Positions 54,151-64,000 of a stretch of 64,000 nt of DNA are shown here, piece after piece. Under the pieces are notes generated by a model that saw only the letters and a list, made by a program, of their open reading frames with translations, was not told the origin of the DNA and ran no database searches. Where the stretch lies: contig OZ245046.1 in assembly GCA_965224245.1 (NCBI GenBank), forward strand, positions 4,320,001 through 4,384,000, given 5' to 3'. This DNA comes from Candidatus Eiseniibacteriota bacterium (GTDB taxonomy: Bacteria; Eisenbacteria; RBG-16-71-46; CAZAMP01). A program made the translations under genes and the position numbers. Positions within the stretch are counted from its first letter, which is position 1. Every line of letters begins with the position of its first letter.

Positions 54151-54711
54151 TCACCGGCCGAGAAACTTTCGGTGCAGGATGTGCGGCTCCTCGTTGCTGA
54201 ACGGCGGCGGCAGCGGCAGGGCCAGCCCGCGGGCGACCTCGACGAACCCGAAGGCCCAGTGCAGGTCGATCGACGGCCGGTTTCCCTCGCCGGTGAAGTA
54301 GTAGACGACGTCCGTGCGCTCACGGAGCCATTCGAGGCGGCGTGCGGTCAGCGCGCGGCCGATCCCCATGCGCCGGTGGCTGCGATCGACCTCCACGCCC
54401 GTCAGATACCAGCCGTCGGGCACGACGGAGGACCCGCCCGCGTCCTTCCAGGTTTTGTAGGCGCACTTGCCGTACCCCGCGATCCGACCGCCGACCACCC
54501 CCACGCACGTGAACGCGCGTTCATCGCGGGCGGCGCGCTCCAGCGCGGCCCGGACCAGGGGGGCGAGCTCCGCGGGTGGCCGGTCCTCCCGCTCGACGTC
54601 CACGTGCGCGATCGCGAGCGCGTCGTCGGGAAGGGCGTCACGAACGACGATCGGCGCCGGGCGTCCGTGCCGCTCCGGCTCGTACGGCGATCGGGTGTTG
54701 CGCCTGGGCAT
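54151..54711 (-). CDS. GNAT family N-acetyltransferase
   Basis: 'VDRSHRRMGIGRAL' acetyl-CoA motif; 'NRPSIDLH..FGF'. Confidence 0.85.
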   Translation of the reverse strand: MPRRNTRSPYEPERHGRPAPIVVRDALPDDALAIAHVDVEREDRPPAELAPLVRAALERAARDERAFTCVGVVGGRIAGYGKCAYKTWKDAGGSSVVPDGWYLTGVEVDRSHRRMGIGRALTARRLEWLRERTDVVYYFTGEGNRPSIDLHWAFGFVEVARGLALPLPPPFSNEEPHILHRKFLGR

Positions 54712-54847
54712 GTCCGGTGTCCCCCGGCGGTCACGCTCGGCGGCGCGGATCCCCGTTGCGAGGCCGCGATCGGCCGATCCGCTCGCCCGAGCAGAGGGTC
54801 GTCACCACCTTAGTGCGGATCGCCGGTGGGGTCCAAGACCTTCGCGG

Positions 54848-55789
54848 CTACGCGGACGCGCGCGACGCCGTGCGGACGCGCGGGGGCTCGGGGCCCAGCC
54901 GATGGCCGGCGAGGAAGGCCGCGCGGACCGGAACGCTGAAGATCGGCTTCAGCCGCGCGCCGAGCTCCGGCCCCGCGTGTTCGAACCGTCGTCCGAGGGG
55001 TCGCAACGCGGCGGCCATGACCGCCCAGGCGAGCGCGGCCACCGCGACGCCGCCGGGGATCCGCTCGATGGGCTTTCGCGCCTCCGGGCACATCTCGACG
55101 AACAGCTTTCGAGCCCGGCCGGCGGCCCACCGCTTGCGGGAGAAGTCCTCGAACCCTTCCTCGGCGAGGTGGTAGCCCACGGCGTCGGGATCGTAGTAGA
55201 GCGTCATCCCGCGCGCTCTCTCCAGCCGGTAGCCGAGCTCGAGATCCTCGTAGAACGTCAGCGTCTCGTCGAGCGGCATGCCCTCGACGAGCGACGGCCG
55301 GAACGAGATGTTGCACGTGTAGAGGAAGTCCGGCGAGATCGGCACGTGCGCCGGCATGTGTGCGTAGCCGAACTGCGGACCCCAGACGTCGAGCCACGCC
55401 CGAAACGCGTTCAACGTGATGTCCGGATGACGCTTGACCTGGCCCAGCACCATCGCCGCGGGGTCGGGGTGCCGCTCGAGGTGGTCGGCGACGTGACGGG
55501 CCACGAGGTCGGGCGCGGGCACGACGTCGTCGTCCAGGAGAAGGATCAGATCACCCTCGACCGATCGGATGCCCACGTTGCGCGTGTTGCCCTTCCCGCC
55601 TCCCGAGAGCTTCATCCGCACCGGCAGTCGATCGCGGAACCGCTCCAGGATCGGCTCGATCGTGGCGACGGTCTCGTCCTCGACCACGATCACCTCGAAC
55701 GGGGGCGTCACCTGTGCGCAGAGCCCCTCGAGGCACCGCGTGAGCATGTCGTGCCGGCGATGCGTGGGGATGACGACCGATACGCGCAC
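54848..55789 (-). CDS. Glycosyltransferase family 2
   Basis: 'SVVIPTH', 'RNVGI', 'LLLDDD', 'EDLELGYRL'. Confidence 0.9.
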   Translation of the reverse strand: MRVSVVIPTHRRHDMLTRCLEGLCAQVTPPFEVIVVEDETVATIEPILERFRDRLPVRMKLSGGGKGNTRNVGIRSVEGDLILLLDDDVVPAPDLVARHVADHLERHPDPAAMVLGQVKRHPDITLNAFRAWLDVWGPQFGYAHMPAHVPISPDFLYTCNISFRPSLVEGMPLDETLTFYEDLELGYRLERARGMTLYYDPDAVGYHLAEEGFEDFSRKRWAAGRARKLFVEMCPEARKPIERIPGGVAVAALAWAVMAAALRPLGRRFEHAGPELGARLKPIFSVPVRAAFLAGHRLGPEPPRVRTASRASA

Positions 55790-55948
55790 GCACGGGCCTC
55801 CAGGACCTGGGATGGACGTCGAGAACCGGCGGCCGGCGGCTCACGCGCGCCACCGGGCCGGCAGCCGGCGCCGTCGGTTGCCCGCCGCCGATCGAGGGAC
55901 GTACAATCCTACCTCATTTGATTCACCTCGGACAAAAGGCCCGATCTC

Positions 55949-57067
55949 ATGCGTGTCGCGGTTCTCGGAGACATGGACTCGGTTCATACGCCCCGCTGGT
56001 GCGAGGCGCTGATCGCGCGCGGCCTGGACGTGCGCTGCTTCTCCCTGGAGCCGTTCACGATCGGCGCGCCGTACGCGACGTTCGTCGAGCCGAGGCTCGG
56101 ACCACAGAAGCTCCGGTACGTGAGCTCGTTCGACCGGGTCGGGCGCGCGGTGAAGGCGTTCGATCCCGACGTGGTCAACCCCGTTCACTTCCCGAACTAC
56201 GGGCTCGTGAACTGGCTGATGGGGCACCGCCTCCCGGTGTATCTCGTGGGGTGGGGATCGGACATCCTCCACTCGGCGGAGAAGACGCCGCTGCACAAGA
56301 TGATCATGCGGCGCATCATCGCCCGCGCCGAGCGCATCAACGTGGACGCCGAGATCATGCGCACGTACCTGATCGATCGGTACGGCTATCGGGGCGAGGA
56401 CGTCGACTTCATCACCTGGGGCCTGCCCGAGTCCTGGTACGCCGACCCGCTGCCGGATCCCATTCCGGAAGGACCGCCGTGGAAGATCCTCTGCCACCGG
56501 CGCCTCGACTACGACATGGATCCCCTGATGCTGCTCAAGAGCTTCAAGCTGGCGCGCGAGCGCGGGCTCGATGCGATCCTGTCGGTGAAGGGGCACGGCG
56601 CGTGGGAGGACAAGGTCAAGGCCTGGGTCACCGAGCTCGGTCTCGACGCACACGTCGAGTACATCCCGTGGTTCGACTACGAGGACCTGCGCCCGTACAT
56701 CGCCAAGCACCACATGTACACGTCATCGGCCTGGGTGGACTCGACGTCGGTCTCGATTCTCGAGGTCATGAACCAGGGCGTGCTCCCCATCGTCACCGAC
56801 ATTCCCGCCAACCGGGAGTGGGTGATCCATGGGCACAACGGGTACCTGTTCCACCCGAAGTCGATGAACGCGATGGCGCAGTGCCTGATCGACGCGGCCG
56901 CGAACGTCGAGCTGCGGCAGCGCGCGCGGGCGATCAACCGGAAGATCGTCGAGGACAAGGCCCGCTGGGAGGTCCACATGGACACCTCGGCCGACGCGAT
57001 GCGCGAGCTCGTGCGGGCGGCGAAGGAAGGTCGCGCGGTCACGCGACCGGCGCGCGCCAGCTCCTAG
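55949..57067 (+). CDS. Glycosyltransferase family 4 (GT-B)
   Basis: 'SVHTPRW', 'WGSDI', 'SILEVM..G...IVTDIPANREW..HG.NGYLF'. Confidence 0.88.
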   Translation: MRVAVLGDMDSVHTPRWCEALIARGLDVRCFSLEPFTIGAPYATFVEPRLGPQKLRYVSSFDRVGRAVKAFDPDVVNPVHFPNYGLVNWLMGHRLPVYLVGWGSDILHSAEKTPLHKMIMRRIIARAERINVDAEIMRTYLIDRYGYRGEDVDFITWGLPESWYADPLPDPIPEGPPWKILCHRRLDYDMDPLMLLKSFKLARERGLDAILSVKGHGAWEDKVKAWVTELGLDAHVEYIPWFDYEDLRPYIAKHHMYTSSAWVDSTSVSILEVMNQGVLPIVTDIPANREWVIHGHNGYLFHPKSMNAMAQCLIDAAANVELRQRARAINRKIVEDKARWEVHMDTSADAMRELVRAAKEGRAVTRPARASS

Positions 57068-57231
57068 CCGGGTCGGGACGTCAAGGCTCGGCGGCGCTTC
57101 AGGTATCTCCCCTCAATCAACGATCGACATCGACATCACCACGTTGTAGTATTAGACAATTAGTCGGCTTTGATTGCTCGATATTTACGATATAGAGTCA
57201 AATTGACCGGCACAGGTCGGGGAAACACGAC

Positions 57232-58980
57232 ATGGCAAGAGATTGGGGATCACCGGCACGCCAGATCTGGTGGTCTGTGGTCGGAAGCCTCGTCGCGAGC
57301 GCTGCGTTCTACCTCACAAACCAAGTTCCGCTCTTTCGGCTGTACGCGATCGATCCGCCCGACTCAACGTTCGATCCATGGGAGAAGGCGATCTTCGTTC
57401 TCCAGGCCGCCGTGGTCGGGGGGCTGACGATACGCTTGGCGCGTGCTGCACCGCTCAGACCAGACGAGGACAGTATCGGCGCCAGGACGTTTCGACAGTT
57501 CTACACAGGCTGGTTCTGGGTCTGGGTAACGTGGTGCGCGTTGTATTGCTGGCTCACGGTAGTCGCGCTACTAGGGGAACAGATTGCGACGCAGATCGGC
57601 AACGGTGCGTTCTGGTCGACGGTGGCCTGGAGCACAGCGGATGCGCTCAACTTGGCGAACGGCCTCGCCTTCTTCTGGTGCTTCTTGGTTCTCGACAAAC
57701 CGAGCGTGAGCCGCTCGCCAGGTTCAACCGACACCGCGACCGCGAACCGTGATGACGCATTCAAGCGAGCCTACCAGCTGGCATTCCTAGTCGGGTGCGG
57801 GTGCTTCCTGCTGTCGATGGCCGATCACTTCGGTCAGCCTCTCTTTCTGAACCACATCGGCAACTTCTCGCTCGTGCTCTTCGTTGCGCTCGGGATGGCC
57901 TTCTTGTTCGGGCGGTTGGACGGGATCCAGTTGCGAATACCAAGGTCGCAGCTGGCCATACTGTACCTTTACGCACTCCTCCAGCTCCCCTATGCACTGT
58001 TCCCGTCCTGGTCGCGTGATCCCGAGTTCATGCGTCCCGCCTTGTTTCTGGCCGCCCTCGCGTTCAAAGTCTTTCTCTATCAACTCCTGAAACAACGCAT
58101 CGAAGATGGGTCACTCAAGGACTACATCGAGATCGAGGCCGAGCAGTGGTTCACCACGCACCCACGGGATCCGGTGTCTCGATTGAACGCCGGGCCCGTG
58201 TCTGCAACACATGGACATCGCTGGATCCTCCGGGGGCCCGGTCGACTCGTCCTGTTACTGCTGTCGATCGGTGTCGCCTCTCTACTTTTGCTCGCCTTGG
58301 TGGTCGGACTTGGTCCGGTCGAGAACGAGGACCTCGAGATCGCTCGCACGGACCTGGTCGTCGACTTTCAGCAATGGAGGACCGTGCCGGACGGAGCCGT
58401 CGAAACTCGGGTCAGTCCAATGTTTCTCGACATTACCGTTGCAGCAACGCGCGCCTCTAGCAACGTCGATCTCTACGAGCATGAGTTCGCCAGTAGCTCG
58501 GATCTCGTGGACATAAGCTGCCTCACGCATCCATTCACAGTCCACCGAATCGGCAATCCGGTGGGCGCACGAGACGTGAAAAGCCGGATCGTTCGAATCG
58601 ACATTTCTCGAGAAGTCGTGGGAAGACCTTTCGAGATAGAGCTGCGAGCCATCATCTGGAACACGGATCAGGTACGAGGCTGGGCGGGACGACTCGTCCG
58701 GCATACCGAGGACGAGTTCGAGCTACGGATCGTGCTTCCGTGCGACGTCGAACAGTTTGACCACCACGTCGAGCGAGTCGGGGGCTTCGGTGGTCATGCG
58801 AAGATCCCCGACGCGAAGCCCAGGCGAGTCGGAGTGCGTGAGATCGTCTGGAACGTGGGGACGCCGGGCCGAGATCACCTGTACACGATCGAGTGGGACT
58901 GGCCACGAACCTACCGCGAGAAGACACACCTTCAGCAGTCTGTTGCGATCCGTCCTCACCCGGCCAGCCGGATCCACTGA
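57232..58980 (+). CDS. Hypothetical polytopic membrane protein (about 9 TMs) with C-terminal beta-rich domain; atypical composition
   Basis: 582-aa ORF with many A/T-ending codons, preceded by an AT-rich intergenic region; no family recognised. Confidence 0.7.
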   Translation: MARDWGSPARQIWWSVVGSLVASAAFYLTNQVPLFRLYAIDPPDSTFDPWEKAIFVLQAAVVGGLTIRLARAAPLRPDEDSIGARTFRQFYTGWFWVWVTWCALYCWLTVVALLGEQIATQIGNGAFWSTVAWSTADALNLANGLAFFWCFLVLDKPSVSRSPGSTDTATANRDDAFKRAYQLAFLVGCGCFLLSMADHFGQPLFLNHIGNFSLVLFVALGMAFLFGRLDGIQLRIPRSQLAILYLYALLQLPYALFPSWSRDPEFMRPALFLAALAFKVFLYQLLKQRIEDGSLKDYIEIEAEQWFTTHPRDPVSRLNAGPVSATHGHRWILRGPGRLVLLLLSIGVASLLLLALVVGLGPVENEDLEIARTDLVVDFQQWRTVPDGAVETRVSPMFLDITVAATRASSNVDLYEHEFASSSDLVDISCLTHPFTVHRIGNPVGARDVKSRIVRIDISREVVGRPFEIELRAIIWNTDQVRGWAGRLVRHTEDEFELRIVLPCDVEQFDHHVERVGGFGGHAKIPDAKPRRVGVREIVWNVGTPGRDHLYTIEWDWPRTYREKTHLQQSVAIRPHPASRIH

Positions 58981-59103
58981 CCGGAGCACTGCTGCTGCGA
59001 CCAAGACGCTGCGCTGATTCGAGCGCATGCTCCGCAGAGCAAACATGGCTTCACTCGGCCCAAGCGGGAGCAAGAGGTTTGCGGGTTTCCACGCGTCGGA
59101 GTC

Positions 59104-62444
<3,341 letters not shown>

Positions 62445-62448
<4 letters not shown>

Positions 62449-63044
62449 GCCACCTCGACGCGCTCCAGCTCCCCGCGGATCTCGCGGATTCGCTGGAGCG
62501 CCCGGTGCTTGGCGTTGTAGATCGACTTGACGTCCACGCCGAGCTCCTCGGCCACCTCACCGGGCTTCCGCTCGGCGAGCACGACCATCTCGAAGGCTCG
62601 AAACGCATCGGCGCTCAGCTCGGTCCGGACGCGAGCGACGCACGTCTCGGCCACGAAGATCTCCCACGAGCGCTCCCAGAGCTCTTCTGGGTCGGCATCG
62701 GCGACGCCGTCGGGATCGCGGCCCTCGTTCGGCAGGATGCGGTGGCGACGCGCCTCGCGCTTCTGATGATCGAGGATCTTCATCCGCGCGATCCCGAACA
62801 GCCAGTGGCTGAGTCGGCCGCGGTCCCGATCGTAGCGGCCGTCACGGAGCAGGCGGGCGAACGTGGTCAACGTCTCCTGCGCCACGTCCTCGGCATCGAA
62901 CGGGCCCAGTCGCATCGCCCTGGCGAAGGCGAGGATCGGCTCGCGAAAGCGGTCCACCAGCCGCTCCCACGCATCCTCGTCCTCGAACAAGCGCAGCTTC
63001 TCGAGAATGGTGGACGTGGTGACCCATGTCGTGGGTCCGCTCAT
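62445..63044 (-). CDS. ECF sigma factor (Ser/Thr kinase-linked)
   Basis: 'TTSTIL', 'AWERLVDRF', 'DAEDVAQE', 'GRLSHWLFGIAR', 'EVAEELG...IYNAKHR'; overlaps kinase start. Confidence 0.9.
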
Positions 63045-63277
63045 GGGCACTCCCGTCATGGCGCGTGCGGCAACGGCGCCGCCGCCGGTCCGGCGCGAGG
63101 CGCGGCCGGCCACCATTCTACGCCAAGCGGCGCGTCCGACGGCAGCGAGCCGCTCCAGCGCCGGCATCGTCCGGCGGCGAGCGCCTGGCCGGGCGTGAGT
63201 GGGCCTCATCATCCGCCGCGCTCGGCCGAACGTTCTCGGTGATGGACACGGACGACACCATCCCGGAGGGCGCGACC

Positions 63278-63481
63278 ATGGAACGCACGTTCGACTCGAC
63301 GGAGCTGGCCCGGTGGCTACGGATCTCGACGCGTGACGTGATGCTGCTGGTTCGGCGGGAGGCGCTGCCGTCTCGCCGCGTCCGGGGTCGCCTGCTCTTC
63401 CGGCGCTCGGAGGTGATCCGGTGGAGCCGGACCCGCATGGGCGACGACCTCGTCGCCGCGTCGCGCCGCGCGACCGGGTGA
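63278..63481 (+). CDS. Small excisionase-like (HTH_17) DNA-binding protein
   Basis: 'ELARWLRIS...LVRREALPSRRVRGRLLFRRSEVIRW'; GGAGG RBS. Confidence 0.7.
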   Translation: MERTFDSTELARWLRISTRDVMLLVRREALPSRRVRGRLLFRRSEVIRWSRTRMGDDLVAASRRATG

Positions 63482-63502
63482 CCGGTCGCGACGTCGCGCG
63501 AC

Positions 63503-64000
63503 TCACCGCTTCCGCCCCGCCTCGTCCAGATGCCGGTGGACGAGCTCCCCGAGCCTCGCGATCGCGATGGGGACGTCGTCGGTCCAGTCCACCGCGCAGT
63601 TCAGGCGCAGGAACTGCCGGTAGCGCCGGTTGGCCGAGAAGATCGGCCCGGGCGCGATGCTGACCCCGATGGCAAGCGCGGCATCGTGCAGGTCCAGCGC
63701 GTCCGCGCCGGGCGGCAGCTCCACCCACAGCACGTGTCCGCCCTGGGGCCGCGAGATGCGGGTTCCCTCGGGAAAGTGCTCCGTGATCGCATCCTGAAAG
63801 CGGCGCGTGAGGTCGGCGTACGTGCGGCGCAGCCGACGCAGATGACGATCGAAGCCGCCTGAGGCCAGGAAGCTCGCGATCGCCAGCTGCTGCGTGGTCG
63901 CGGTCGCCACCGACGAGCTGAACTTCAGGCGCTCGACGATCTGGCGATACCGGCCGGGGGCCGTCCATCCCACGCGGAGCCCCGGTGCGAGCGTCTTCGA
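63503..64000 (-). CDS. Partial PLP-dependent aminotransferase / MocR-type regulator (C-terminal part)
   Basis: PLP-lysine motif 'SKTLAPGLRVGW' at the window edge; 'PQGGHVLWVELP', 'IAPGPIFS', 'LRLN'. Confidence 0.85.
   Translation of the reverse strand, partial: SKTLAPGLRVGWTAPGRYRQIVERLKFSSSVATATTQQLAIASFLASGGFDRHLRRLRRTYADLTRRFQDAITEHFPEGTRISRPQGGHVLWVELPPGADALDLHDAALAIGVSIAPGPIFSANRRYRQFLRLNCAVDWTDDVPIAIARLGELVHRHLDEAGRKR

Noticed and set aside
49953-54200. 1415-aa plus-strand ORF and other long antisense or alternate-frame ORFs (e.g. 19783-22440, 23831-26467, 32159-34261, 6762-8603)
   Set aside because: They shadow well-supported genes, are Arg/Gly/Ala/Pro-rich without motifs, and are expected in high-GC DNA with few stop codons
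58030-58090. Intramembrane Lys ('ALAFKVFLY') suggesting a rhodopsin
   Set aside because: No DxxxK/SxxxK motif, no recognisable helix C motif, and more than seven TMs; unsupported without structure comparison
63278-63481. Excisionase as evidence for a prophage or integrative element
   Set aside because: No integrase, att-like repeat, tRNA or phage genes in the window

Overview
A GC-rich (about 70% by eye), densely coding bacterial chromosomal segment with about 44 plausible genes. I found no rRNA, tRNA, CRISPR array or transposase. Three secreted proteins end in FlgD-Ig/T9SS-type C-terminal domains, which fits an FCB-associated candidate lineage such as Eisenbacteria, Krumholzibacteriota or Latescibacterota (inference). 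Housekeeping-type genes include trpS, arginine deiminase, M42 peptidase, a deacetylase, flotillin/NfeD, tricorn protease and glycosyltransferases. Many signalling modules lie among them. Best novelty candidates: (1) a membrane-anchored TPR-CHAT caspase-like protease with an ECF sigma and zinc anti-sigma, where the same motif GTGTGATTCCGG-N10-GCGCCCAA precedes both the sigma gene and the convergent secreted beta-helix gene; (2) an HybA/HybB-like (NrfC/NrfD) redox module with no catalytic subunit, flanked by two membrane-anchored GcvH-like proteins lacking the lipoyl lysine, with a sigma54 promoter, tandem palindromic enhancer candidates, a divergent haem-c-motif sensor kinase, an NtrC-type activator and an archaemetzincin; (3) an Aas / Npt-HEAT / double-cNMP operon; (4) a circularly permuted thioredoxin-reductase-like domain fused to a membrane polyferredoxin; (5) a zinc-finger / non-RD kinase / STAND / TPR protein coupled to an ECF sigma; (6) a lower-GC orphan polytopic membrane gene. 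All calls come from visual motif recognition; no database searches were run.
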